From positions 1-37,476 of the forward strand of contig DBJV01000087.1 of the NCBI GenBank assembly GCA_002297185.1: DNA of 37,476 nucleotides, written 5' to 3'. Origin of the DNA: Christensenella sp. UBA767 (GTDB taxonomy: Bacteria; Bacillota; Clostridia; Christensenellales; CAG-917). Positions within the stretch are counted from its first letter, which is position 1, and each line of letters starts with the position of its first letter. Under the pieces are notes generated by a model that did not search any database, was not told the DNA's origin, and saw only the letters and a list, made by a program, of their open reading frames with translations. A program made the translations under genes and the position numbers. Positions 15,685 to 24,042 of this stretch are shown here, piece after piece.

Positions 15685-16509
15685 TCAACCCTCTCGTGTC
15701 AATGCCGAATCTGCCGTCCCTCGCAAAACGATTCGTTTTTGCGGAAAATACGTATCTTTGCGGATAAGCACGGTTTTTACGAGCTTTCCGTTTTGGTAGT
15801 ATTCCAAAAACCCCTGCGAGCGTAGCCCGGCTTTCCCGTACGTATCGATGACTTCTTCTCCGAGTTTGAGAGTTACGTCGTCACGGTATTCGATTTCAAA
15901 CGGCAATGTTTCTATCGTCTGCGAGCGGCGGCGTATGGTGCAAGCCTCGATGCCGTACATTTCCGCCTTGAGATACTTCCCGTCCGCGCTCATTTTTATG
16001 GTTACGGGCGATGACAGGGTATTTACGAACCTCAAATCGCTCGCCGTGGAAACCATAGCGTCAAACGACGGCGCAACGTAACTTACGGGCAGAGAATGCG
16101 CTCTCACGCAAGTTATAGTGAGGTTTGCAAGCAGCGCGCAGTTATACACGGTGCTTGACACTTGACACACGCCGCCTCCGATTCCTTCCACAAATTCGCC
16201 GTCCTTAATGATGTATGCGCTCTTAAACCCGTTTTCCACCGTGCGCGCCCCCACGATATCGTTGAAGGAGAACTCATCTTCGGGGTATAGCACCGTCCCG
16301 TCGATTTTACGACAGGCAAGCGCAACGTTGTCCTTGCGGTTTGGCTTGCTGCCCCCGTAGTATGTGGAAAAGCGCGCGATAAGTTTACATTCCTCGGATT
16401 TTGCCATAGCGACGTCGTTTCGGTGCATAGTTCCTTCCATAAAAATAGCAATTGCCGCCAATGCGAGAGTAAGGCACGCAAAAGCGAGGTATCTGACTGA
16501 TTTTTTCAT
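15685..16509 (-). CDS. VanW-family protein, membrane anchored
   Basis: GGGVCQVSSTVYNCALLANL is the VanW signature. The ATG at 16509 gives MKKSVRYLAFACLTLALAAIAIF, an N-terminal TM anchor. The longer ORF-track start is less likely. Confidence 0.75.
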   Translation of the reverse strand: MKKSVRYLAFACLTLALAAIAIFMEGTMHRNDVAMAKSEECKLIARFSTYYGGSKPNRKDNVALACRKIDGTVLYPEDEFSFNDIVGARTVENGFKSAYIIKDGEFVEGIGGGVCQVSSTVYNCALLANLTITCVRAHSLPVSYVAPSFDAMVSTASDLRFVNTLSSPVTIKMSADGKYLKAEMYGIEACTIRRRSQTIETLPFEIEYRDDVTLKLGEEVIDTYGKAGLRSQGFLEYYQNGKLVKTVLIRKDTYFPQKRIVLRGTADSALTREG

Positions 16510-16736
16510 ACACATAGTATGTGTGCAAAACGCAAAAAGAAACAAAAATCGCAATTTTGAGCATATCGGTTGTGAAAAGGCAGTATATAGTATATACTGA
16601 TGCCGAGAGAGAATATAGCTGCCGCAGAAAAAGCGGCATATCTGAGCGCATTATAAGCCCGTTTTTTCGGAAGGGTGGAAGTGCGCAAAAATAGCAAAAT
16701 AACGAGGCGGCAAAACCGCTGTTTGAGTGGTGCAAA

Positions 16737-17504
16737 ATGAGGCAAATCGTTTCGGTTGACGGAATAAAAAGATATATGAGCGCTGACTTTTCCGTGCAGG
16801 TCTTTGACGTCGTTTCATCAACCAACGTCATCGTAAAAGAGCGCGCCAAGAGCGGCGAAAAAGATATTTTGGTCGTCGCGCGCGAGCAGACGAGCGGAAG
16901 AGGTCGTTTCACACGCAAATTCTTCTCTCCAAAGGACGCAGGCGTGTATTTCAGTTTCGCCATACAGCCGACTTGCGAGGACGAGATAAGTTTTGTCACC
17001 CCCATGTGCGCCGTGGCTACGGCAAAAGCAATCCGTGAAGTTTGCTGCAAAAATGCGCAAATCAAGTGGGTGAACGATATCTATATAGACATGAAAAAGT
17101 GCGTGGGCATTCTCTGTGAGGGTGTATCGTCGCAAGGCGGAGCGATAGACAGAATAGTGTGCGGAATAGGCGTCAATCTCTATGAAAAAGAGGGCGGCGT
17201 CGATGAACAAATCAAGGATATCGCAGGCTTTATCGGTGAGGGAGTTGACGATTGCGCCAACAGAATAGTTGCGGCAATTTGCGATAACTTTGAAGATATG
17301 CACTTGCATTTTGACAGAAATTATATTGCAAAGCAATATAAAGATATGTCTATGCTCGTCGGTCGCAGCGTTATGGTGAGCAAAACGGACGAGGAACAAG
17401 CGGCAATCGTCAAGGATATAGACGACAAGTGCAGACTTGTCGTAGAGTATGCCGACACAGTGGAAGAAACGCTCGAAGTCGGCGAGGTAAGGATAAAACT
17501 TTGA
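16737..17504 (+). CDS. birA: Biotin--[acetyl-CoA-carboxylase] ligase, class I (no N-terminal HTH)
   Basis: GRGRFTRKFFSP (GRGRxGRxW-type biotin loop) and KWVNDIYIDMKKCVGILCE. 255 aa. Confidence 0.85.
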   Translation: MRQIVSVDGIKRYMSADFSVQVFDVVSSTNVIVKERAKSGEKDILVVAREQTSGRGRFTRKFFSPKDAGVYFSFAIQPTCEDEISFVTPMCAVATAKAIREVCCKNAQIKWVNDIYIDMKKCVGILCEGVSSQGGAIDRIVCGIGVNLYEKEGGVDEQIKDIAGFIGEGVDDCANRIVAAICDNFEDMHLHFDRNYIAKQYKDMSMLVGRSVMVSKTDEEQAAIVKDIDDKCRLVVEYADTVEETLEVGEVRIKL

Positions 17505-18157
17505 ATAAAGCGTCGTCAAAAGCAGTATCGAGGACTTTGCGCCTCGTAAGAATAGCAATTTTTCTTGCGCTCATAATCGTGGGTGCTTTCGTCAAATTCC
17601 CAATAGGCATAGTTCCCGTGTCCATGCAGTTTGCGTTTTGCATGTTCGCGTCCCTCATGCTCGGCGGCACGGACTCCCTCATATGCGTTGCAATATACAT
17701 CGCAATGGGGCTTGTCGGCATCCCCGTATTCTCGGCAGGCGGCGGCATTTTCTACGTATTGCAACCCACTTTTGGCTATATCCTCGGCTTTTTGATAGGT
17801 GCGCCGATTAGCGGCTATATCGCAAGAGGCTTTAAGAACAACTCCCCCATAAGCGTATGGCGCATGCTTTTGGGCGCATTCAGCGCGCTCGCAATCGTGT
17901 ATGCGGTGGGCGTATTCTATATGTATCTCATGCTCAATTTCTACGTCGGCACGGCAATGTCCATGTCAAAGGCGTGGCTCGCAGGCTGCGCGGTGTTCTT
18001 GCCAACAGACGTAAGTTGGTGTGTGATAGGCTCATTGGTCGCAAGCGCGGTGCTAAAAAGATACGCGCCCTACGTCGGCGTTGCGGACAAGTATTCGGGC
18101 TACGTCTATACGAGGTCGCTATCCGACGACGATGACGGCGGACTTCAAAATATGTAA
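17501..18157 (+). CDS. bioY: BioY-family biotin transporter S component
   Basis: Multi-TM protein with RIAIFLALIIVGAFVKFPIGIVPVSMQ. I place the start at TTG 17501, which overlaps the birA stop (TTGA) and follows GGCGAGGTAAGGA. The ORF-track ATG at 17429 would overlap birA by 76 nt. Confidence 0.7.
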   Translation: MNKASSKAVSRTLRLVRIAIFLALIIVGAFVKFPIGIVPVSMQFAFCMFASLMLGGTDSLICVAIYIAMGLVGIPVFSAGGGIFYVLQPTFGYILGFLIGAPISGYIARGFKNNSPISVWRMLLGAFSALAIVYAVGVFYMYLMLNFYVGTAMSMSKAWLAGCAVFLPTDVSWCVIGSLVASAVLKRYAPYVGVADKYSGYVYTRSLSDDDDGGLQNM

Positions 18158-18280
18158 TTATATTTGCGCCAAAACGCACCAAGCGAATGCAAATAGCACA
18201 CAAATAGCGGATATTAGCTATTGAAAACGCGCGCGAAATATGATATTATTATTTTATATTAAACTTAATAGGAGACTATT

Positions 18281-19318
18281 ATGCAACACGAAATCACCAA
18301 GCCAACCGATTTGTTGAACGCAGAAGGCAATATTCTCGAACCGGGATATGCCAAAAAAATGCTCTATAATTATAATCGCGAAAACGTCAAAGCGCCCAAA
18401 ACTCGCCTCAAAGAGTGGGATTATTACTACATTTCCAACAAGGAATTTGCGCTTTGCCTCACAATCAGCGATATGGGCTTTGTAGGCGCATTGAGCCTTA
18501 CCGTTATGGACTTCGTAACGCCTGCGCAATTCACCAATTCGGCAATCTGCCTCTTCCCGATGGGCAAGTTCAATATGCCTAGAACAAGCGAAAGCGGCGA
18601 TTGCGCTTGGAAAATCGGCAAAGTCGAAATGAAGTTTGAAAACGACGGCACAAAGCGTCACCTTACGGGCGTTTATCCCAATGCGGACAAGTTCGGCACG
18701 GACGTCAAGTGGGATATCACCATCACCGACGTTCCCGAAGAGAGCATGGTCATCGCAACGCCGTTCAACAAGGACAAACACTTCTATTTCAATCAAAAAA
18801 TCAATTGCATGAGAGCAGAGGGCAGTTTCTTCCTCGGCGATAAGGAATGCAAGTTCGATCCCTCCGACAGCCTTGCAACGCTTGACTGGGGACGCGGCGT
18901 ATGGACTTACGACAACACGTGGTACTGGGGCAGTTTGCAAACTCGTCTCAAAGACGGCTCCACGTTTGGATGGAACATCGGCTACGGATTCGGCAACACC
19001 GAGGCTGCAGGCGAAGATATGTTCTTCTACAACGGCAAATCTCACAAAATCGGTCGCACGGAGTTCATCATTCCCGGCGACAGCGAGGGCGAGCCGAGAT
19101 ATATGGAAGATTGGAAGTTCGTCTCCGACGACGGACGTCTCGATTGCACCTTCCATCCGCTCATCGATCGTTACGAGCCGTTCGATCTCAAGGTTATGTG
19201 CATGATTCCTCACCAAGTGTTCGGATATATCTCCGGCAAATGCGTGCTTGACGACGGCACGGTTATCGAGCTTGACAACGAACTCGGCTTTGCAGAAAAA
19301 GTACACAACAAATGGTAA
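18281..19318 (+). CDS. DUF2804-like protein
   Basis: 345 aa. N-terminal ...LLNAEGNILEPGYAKKMLYNYNRENVKAP...LKEWDYYYI and LDWGRGVWTYDNTWYWGS fit my memory of the DUF2804 family, but this is unverified. A paralogue lies at 22776-23861. Confidence 0.6.
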   Translation: MQHEITKPTDLLNAEGNILEPGYAKKMLYNYNRENVKAPKTRLKEWDYYYISNKEFALCLTISDMGFVGALSLTVMDFVTPAQFTNSAICLFPMGKFNMPRTSESGDCAWKIGKVEMKFENDGTKRHLTGVYPNADKFGTDVKWDITITDVPEESMVIATPFNKDKHFYFNQKINCMRAEGSFFLGDKECKFDPSDSLATLDWGRGVWTYDNTWYWGSLQTRLKDGSTFGWNIGYGFGNTEAAGEDMFFYNGKSHKIGRTEFIIPGDSEGEPRYMEDWKFVSDDGRLDCTFHPLIDRYEPFDLKVMCMIPHQVFGYISGKCVLDDGTVIELDNELGFAEKVHNKW

Positions 19319-19324
19319 AAACGA

Positions 19325-19350
19325 GCGAGCGCGATTATAGTCGCGCTCGC
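19325..19350. other. Perfect 10-bp GC-rich hairpin without a T-run between two co-directional genes
   Basis: GCGAGCGCGA-TTATAG-TCGCGCTCGC. Confidence 0.6.
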
Positions 19351-19381
19351 AATCGAATACGATATTACGAATGAGGTGAAT

Positions 19382-20104
19382 ATGGAATACAACGGTGAAG
19401 GCATACACGCGCTCGTTTGCGCCGTGGAAGATTTGCAAAGTTCCAACCTTATTTTTATTGACAGAAAACTCAAACCGCTCCTCAAATGCCTTGCGTATTA
19501 TCCGGAATTTCGCACGGTCTTGTCCTATTGCAATCAAGGTTTCGATTACGATGCGGAAAAGCGAAAAGCGTTTGCCAGACTCGGCGACAGCGACATCTTC
19601 CGCTTGCCCAAAAATCCCAAAACGCTCGTTGCACTCGTGTCCAATATGCTCGTTGAATTTGACGCAGGCAGCATGGATATCGTGACGTTTTCAAGCAGGT
19701 TTTTCCCCACGGAAACGAAACAGGCAAGTTTCGAGCAATGCTGCGCAAAGGTCATCGAACCTTTCAAACTTGCGCTTGTCAGCCTTGTCATCGACGGCAT
19801 AGAAGAAGAGCTGAAAGCGGTTGAAAGAACGGTGGAATTTGCATCCAGCGGACTTCATCAACAGACGGAGTATTTGCTCGTTGCAATATACAACGCCGTA
19901 CAAGAGGCGCAAATAGACGAGAGCGAAAGGCAAGACTTTATGGTCATGCTCGAAGGCTTTGCCGCCGCGCTCGACACTCGAGATTCGCTTATGATAAAGG
20001 CAATTTGGCTTGGGCTTAAGAAGTCGTTATCGGCACAAAAACTTTGTGCCAAAGAGATTGAAAAACTGGGCGATACGTTAAGATTGTATTTGGTGACGAA
20101 ATAA
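19382..20104 (+). CDS. Hypothetical protein (about 240 aa), function unknown
   Basis: Long ORF downstream of the DUF2804 gene, followed by a strong terminator. The start is ambiguous (GTG 19376 or ATG 19382, after GAGGTG). Confidence 0.6.
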   Translation: MEYNGEGIHALVCAVEDLQSSNLIFIDRKLKPLLKCLAYYPEFRTVLSYCNQGFDYDAEKRKAFARLGDSDIFRLPKNPKTLVALVSNMLVEFDAGSMDIVTFSSRFFPTETKQASFEQCCAKVIEPFKLALVSLVIDGIEEELKAVERTVEFASSGLHQQTEYLLVAIYNAVQEAQIDESERQDFMVMLEGFAAALDTRDSLMIKAIWLGLKKSLSAQKLCAKEIEKLGDTLRLYLVTK

Positions 20105-20120
20105 ACGAAACAACGTAACA

Positions 20121-20164
20121 AAGGGTTTATCTTCTCAAAACAAGAGGATAAACCCTTGTTTTTT
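20121..20164 (+). terminator. Intrinsic terminator
   Basis: AAGGGTTTATCTTCT-CAAAACA-AGAGGATAAACCCTT followed by GTTTTTT. Confidence 0.8.
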
Positions 20165-20186
20165 AAAAAAGATATAGAGGGATATT

Positions 20187-21689
20187 ATGAAAACGAGAAA
20201 TGTCGTTATTTTATTGCTTGTCGTTTGTTTGCTTGCAATATCATGTTTCGCGCTCGCCGCGTGCGATAAGGACAAGGGCAAAGACAAGGCGATTATTTAC
20301 GTCAGCGCATTGTTCGCAGGCGGTCTTTACGACAAGCAAACGGGCGAGGCAAAGTGGGAGCCGTTCAAGACGGAAGTCGATGCCGCAAAGGTCATGGCAG
20401 GCGAGATTCCCATGGACGAGTTGATGGATATCTTCAGCGACGAACTGCCCGATATTTTAGATTTGGTCAGCGACGCGCTTACCTACGAGCAAGGCACTTT
20501 GCTTTGGGATTTGACGCTTGACAACGACGGCAACGGTTACAATCCCAACGTCGTTCCTGCCAACGACTTGAAAAAGTATATGGACATAGACTACGGCGTG
20601 TTCGGAATATACCGCAACTTCGTCGATAACATCTCCGCAAAGTACGGAGACGATTACGACGTATTCGTATATAATCAGGACTGGCGTATCTCTCCTGCAA
20701 AGAGTGCGGAAGAACTTGAAAATTACATCAATCGCAAAGGATATAAAGAGGTCGTCTTAATGTCGCACAGCATGGGCGCACCCGTAGTCAACAACTACCT
20801 TGCAAGAGGACAACAAAATCGTGATAAGGTCAAACTCTATATGGGCTTTGCCCCTGCAACGCTCGGCTCTTTCGACGCTCTTGCCGCGCTTGCTTGCCCC
20901 GATACGTACGTGGATAAATTCCTTGCAGGAATGGATTTGGGTGACAATATCGATATGATCAAAAGGATCGTCCGCAATGCGCTTGAAGGTCAACTCGGCG
21001 ATTTCTTTAGAAACAATCAAGGTCTTATGTCGCTCGTTCCGTCTTGGCAATTGGTATCGTCTGCGCAATACGACGAAGAGCATCCGGCAATCACCGTTGA
21101 CGGCAAAGCGATTACGAGCAAGGACGAACTTTATTCGCTCTATTCCTCAATGCGTTGGGCAAAATATCTCACGCCCAAATCTCAAGCAGAGCAAGAGAGC
21201 GTAGATTACGACGGCAAACTCTATAACAGAGTTACGGCGCAAGAAGATCAAGCCAAAGACAGCGAAGGATATAGAGTCAAGGACTTTGCCGCAAACCTCG
21301 CAAACTATTTTGACAATATGTTCATCGACGGCAAGATTGCGTCCGAGCAAATCAATTCCTATTACTTCCTCGGCACAGGCATGGCAAATACCATCACGGG
21401 AATGACCTTAACGACGAGAAAGGACTCCAGCGGCAACGTACTCTACGACGATTACGGTTGCGTCTTGTACGACTATCAACTTTTGAGCGGCTACGGTGCA
21501 GCAGAGAAGTACGGCGACGGCACCGTTCCTTATTACAGCTCCATCGGCGGCAACACCGCAACGGCAGAGTATATCGAGTCCCTCGGCGACCGCCTCGTCG
21601 AACTCGATTCTCAAAACCACGGCATGGTCGGCGTCAGCTGGGATCTCCTCGGCACCTACGTCATGAACCTTTTGGAACAATACATCTAA
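20187..21689 (+). CDS. Secreted lipoprotein, alpha/beta-hydrolase lipase/acyltransferase (LCAT/PGAP1-like)
   Basis: Lipobox ALAAC-DK, nucleophile elbow LMSHSMGAPV (GxSxG type), and YNQDWRISP resembling the LCAT-family DWR motif. Confidence 0.7.
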   Translation: MKTRNVVILLLVVCLLAISCFALAACDKDKGKDKAIIYVSALFAGGLYDKQTGEAKWEPFKTEVDAAKVMAGEIPMDELMDIFSDELPDILDLVSDALTYEQGTLLWDLTLDNDGNGYNPNVVPANDLKKYMDIDYGVFGIYRNFVDNISAKYGDDYDVFVYNQDWRISPAKSAEELENYINRKGYKEVVLMSHSMGAPVVNNYLARGQQNRDKVKLYMGFAPATLGSFDALAALACPDTYVDKFLAGMDLGDNIDMIKRIVRNALEGQLGDFFRNNQGLMSLVPSWQLVSSAQYDEEHPAITVDGKAITSKDELYSLYSSMRWAKYLTPKSQAEQESVDYDGKLYNRVTAQEDQAKDSEGYRVKDFAANLANYFDNMFIDGKIASEQINSYYFLGTGMANTITGMTLTTRKDSSGNVLYDDYGCVLYDYQLLSGYGAAEKYGDGTVPYYSSIGGNTATAEYIESLGDRLVELDSQNHGMVGVSWDLLGTYVMNLLEQYI

Positions 21690-21710
21690 AAAACGAGAAC
21701 AATATAATTG

Positions 21711-21739
21711 AAAACAGCGCAAAATTTGCGCTGTTTTTT
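21711..21739. terminator. Intrinsic terminator (perfect palindrome) after the lipase gene
   Basis: AAAACAGCGCAAAATTTGCGCTGTTTTTT. Near-identical copy at 22405-22435. Confidence 0.8.
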
Positions 21740-21915
21740 GTGATTTTTTTGATAAAAATTATGTTAATTTTGAGGCAAAATTATGTCATTTTTGCCCAAG
21801 GGCATATCATAAAAGCGAACAAAATATCATAAAAGCGTTGTGGGTAAAAATCGTCGCCGAGGCAACGGCATCCCGTTATCGGAATGATATAAAAATATGC
21901 GACTTTCATAAAAAC

Positions 21916-21950
21916 AAAAATGCATCGTAGTGGATGCATTTTTATTTTTT
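21916..21950. terminator. Terminator-like hairpin with no annotated gene upstream on the + strand
   Basis: AAAAATGCATC-GTAGTG-GATGCATTTTT followed by ATTTTTT. A second hairpin GGATCA-GTTT-TGATCC lies at 21951-21966. Confidence 0.5.
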
Positions 21951-22022
21951 GGATCAGTTTTGATCCGGAGGAAAGTTGAATAAAACAATATGATCGCATG
22001 CTTATTCCTTTTTATTCTACTA

Positions 22023-22056
22023 CCCGTTTTGGGTATTGTCAACCCAGTTTGGGTAT
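22023..22056 (+). promoter_or_regulatory. Direct-repeat candidate operator overlapping a TATAAT box upstream of the XRE gene
   Basis: CCCGTTTTGGGTAT (22023-22036) and CCCAGTTTGGGTAT (22043-22056) are 20 bp apart. TATAAT lies at 22054-22059, 17 nt before the ATG region. Confidence 0.4.
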
Positions 22057-22075
22057 AATTGTATATCATAACTTT

Positions 22076-22330
22076 ATGAAATTCGGTGAAAATCTTAAAC
22101 AAATACGGCTTTCGCGCGATATGACGCAAAAAGACGTTTATACCATTTTGAGCGTGTCCCCTAACTGTTATGCGTCATGGGAACAAGGTCGCACGCAACC
22201 GGATATTGAAAGCATTAAAAAACTTTGTTGCATTTTTGACGTAACCGCCGATTGTCTTATTGGTTTTGAGGATGAGTTTGGAACAAAAACCGAAGAATAT
22301 CAAAGAGTTTTGGAAAAGTACGGAAAATAG
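22076..22330 (+). CDS. XRE-family helix-turn-helix transcriptional regulator (84 aa)
   Basis: The ATG at 22076 gives MKFGENLKQIRLSRDMTQKDVYTILSVSPNCYASWEQG, a typical HTH_3. The upstream part of the ORF-track ORF is hydrophobic read-through of the promoter region. Confidence 0.8.
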   Translation: MKFGENLKQIRLSRDMTQKDVYTILSVSPNCYASWEQGRTQPDIESIKKLCCIFDVTADCLIGFEDEFGTKTEEYQRVLEKYGK

Positions 22331-22404
22331 AGTATATTTGCAAGCACGAATAATTGCAAAATTCAAATTCGGACAGAGCATATGCTCTAAATGCAAATAA
22401 AACT

Positions 22405-22435
22405 AAAAAACAGCGCATTTTTTGCGCTGTTTTTT
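22405..22435. terminator. Intrinsic terminator after the XRE gene
   Basis: AAAAAACAGCGCATTTTTTGCGCTGTTTTTT. Same stem as 21711-21739, with 3 loop substitutions. Confidence 0.8.
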
Positions 22436-22440
22436 ATGGG

Positions 22441-22620
22441 ATAGAAATATTCCGCTTGTCATTGCAAGCGTAGCGAGGGAGGTGCATATGGAATACTCCA
22501 CCAGCGCACAAAGTGTGCTTAACGTCACTCGTAGGCAGGCGGAGCCGTAGAATATAACTCCACGAAGAGTTATTGTGAGCATCCACATTCAATCTTCCTT
22601 ACAAGCACGAAGTGCGCCAC
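22441..22620 (+). repeat. Mosaic repeat tract 4: degenerate TGTCATTGCA module, reverse complement of the C-module hairpin, and GCAC-GAA-GTGC mini-hairpin
   Basis: TGTCATTGCAAGCGTAGCG at 22457. AGGCGGAGCC (about 22536-22545) is the reverse complement of GGCTCCGCCT. CATATGGAAT and GAAATATTCCGC words are shared with the other tracts. Confidence 0.7.
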
Positions 22621-22699
22621 CACCAAGCAAGCGATATAGCGAAACTGTGGCAGGAGTTTTTATCCATCTTATTTTGATAGCGTGTATCGGTTGTGCGGT
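22621..22699 (+). repeat. Mosaic module B, copy 2 (79 nt; candidate structured RNA)
   Basis: Differs from 11082-11160 at 4 positions (A/T, A/G, C/A, C/T), all in predicted loops. Confidence 0.75.
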
Positions 22700-22723
22700 T
22701 AGTGATGTGAAAATCAAGACGAT

Positions 22724-22756
22724 AAAAAAACGGCGCATCTAACTGATGTGCCGTTT
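22724..22756 (-). terminator. Intrinsic terminator of the minus-strand DUF2804 gene
   Basis: AAACGGCGCATC-TAAC-TGATGTGCCGTTT stem with one wobble. The plus-strand A7 run gives a U-run on the minus-strand transcript. Confidence 0.65.
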
Positions 22757-22775
22757 GAAAAATCGTGCTTGGTTT

Positions 22776-23861
22776 TCACATATGGGTAGTTTTATCTTCG
22801 CCGATGCCGATCATGCCGTCAACGACGTATTTTTTGCCGTCGGTGTCGGTGACGTAGCCGCTGATTTTGCCGTAGGGAAGTGCATAATAGCACATGAGCG
22901 GAATGGGCATATAGAACACTTTGCTGATCTCGAACTTGATATCAATGATACCTTCGCCTTTTTCGTCCTTGACGTACCAAACGTCCGCTTTTTTCTTGCC
23001 GTTTTCGTGCGTAAACACGACTGGCGGCAGGGGGTAAGACTTGTCGTCAACCCAAATAACGTTCTCGTTGTATTGGTGTTGATCGACGGATTGGTTGCGA
23101 GTGAGGTTGAAGGCGAAATATCTCTTCGTGCCGTTGTCGTCGATTTGTCCCATCGTGGTGAGCCAATCGTAGTGCGCATTGAAGGGATAATAGCCTTTGT
23201 GGTCGTCGATGATACCGACCGAGCGTTCGTTGGTGGTATAAACTTTGCCGTTGACGGTGATTGTACCCGTTGCTTTGAAGAAGTCCTTTTCGCTGTACAA
23301 AGCGTTGATAAAGTTGCCTTCTTTGTCTTTGCCGAGGGGCATAACGCCGTTTGCAAGCGGAGAAATGCGCTCAAAGTTTATATCGATTGTAAATTGACCG
23401 TTTCTGCCTTTCGTAAATCCTTTTGCGTGGGCTTTGCCGTTGAGGAAGTCGTTTTCAATCTTATATTCGCTGTTTTTGGTCTTGCAATAGCAATAATCGC
23501 TAACGAGTTGAGTTGCGACGTGCGCTTTTTTCTTGGGAACGAGGTTGCGCCAGCTGTAAATCTTATCTTCTTTCTTGTCGTACCACACGAAGATGGAGAA
23601 TCCCATCGGACCTGTGTTATAGACTGCGCTGATAAGTGCGCCTTCGTCGAGATGCACTTCAAACGCCTCCCATTCGACAAGGCGGCCGGGTTTCAAAAAG
23701 TCAGGCATATTCTTTCCGCAAGGCTTTACGCAATCGAGAAGATTGAGGTTTTCAAACGGAGCGTCGAACGTGCCGAAATGCACTTTTCCGTCCTCGACGA
23801 TAGACTTGGGCGTCGGGGCGGGCATACGTGTCTCGCTTATGTAATCGGGTAAATTGCTCAT
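22776..23861 (-). CDS. DUF2804-like protein, paralogue 2
   Basis: 361 aa from the ATG at 23861 (RBS AAGGGAGAAAG). LVEWEAFEV... and DDHKGYYPFNAHYDWLTT align by eye with KEWDYYYI and WGRGVWTYDNTWYWGS of the 18281 gene. The upstream 83 codons of the ORF-track ORF are AT-rich leader. Confidence 0.6.
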   Translation of the reverse strand: MSNLPDYISETRMPAPTPKSIVEDGKVHFGTFDAPFENLNLLDCVKPCGKNMPDFLKPGRLVEWEAFEVHLDEGALISAVYNTGPMGFSIFVWYDKKEDKIYSWRNLVPKKKAHVATQLVSDYCYCKTKNSEYKIENDFLNGKAHAKGFTKGRNGQFTIDINFERISPLANGVMPLGKDKEGNFINALYSEKDFFKATGTITVNGKVYTTNERSVGIIDDHKGYYPFNAHYDWLTTMGQIDDNGTKRYFAFNLTRNQSVDQHQYNENVIWVDDKSYPLPPVVFTHENGKKKADVWYVKDEKGEGIIDIKFEISKVFYMPIPLMCYYALPYGKISGYVTDTDGKKYVVDGMIGIGEDKTTHM

Positions 23862-24042
23862 ATTTCTTTCTCCCTTAGTATTATAAGGAAATATTAACAT
23901 AATTTGTGCGCCTTGGCAATACGTGTACAAAAACTTTTTGCACAAATGTAAGATATTTTTTATAAATAAGCCGCAATTGATGTCGTTTAGAAGGCGGAAA
24001 GGGTGGGAATAATTGAAAAATAGTACAAAAAGGAGATAATTT

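Noticed and set aside
16385-17065. 226-aa minus-strand ORF spanning the vanW-birA intergenic region and the start of birA.
   Set aside because: It overlaps birA antisense and the VanW N-terminus, and has no motif or RBS. The region is better explained as the divergent promoter region.
18254-19537. 427-aa minus-strand ORF opposite the DUF2804-like gene. Similar long antisense ORFs are at 9059-9907, 22746-23852, 24304-25362, 29226-30296, 30648-31949, 33314-34765 and 36026-37456.
   Set aside because: All of them lie exactly antisense to genes with strong family motifs. They have odd composition (rich in Arg, Phe, Val and Cys, with no motifs, RBS or sensible starts). They are classic shadow ORFs of stop-poor antisense frames.
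21990-22058. 22-codon hydrophobic micro-ORF (MIACLFLFILLPVLGIVNPVWV) considered as a feature call.
   Set aside because: The GGAGG-like sequence is 18 nt from the ATG, and the ORF overlaps the XRE promoter/operator. It is kept only as a low-interest hypothesis in the findings and is not annotated as a CDS.
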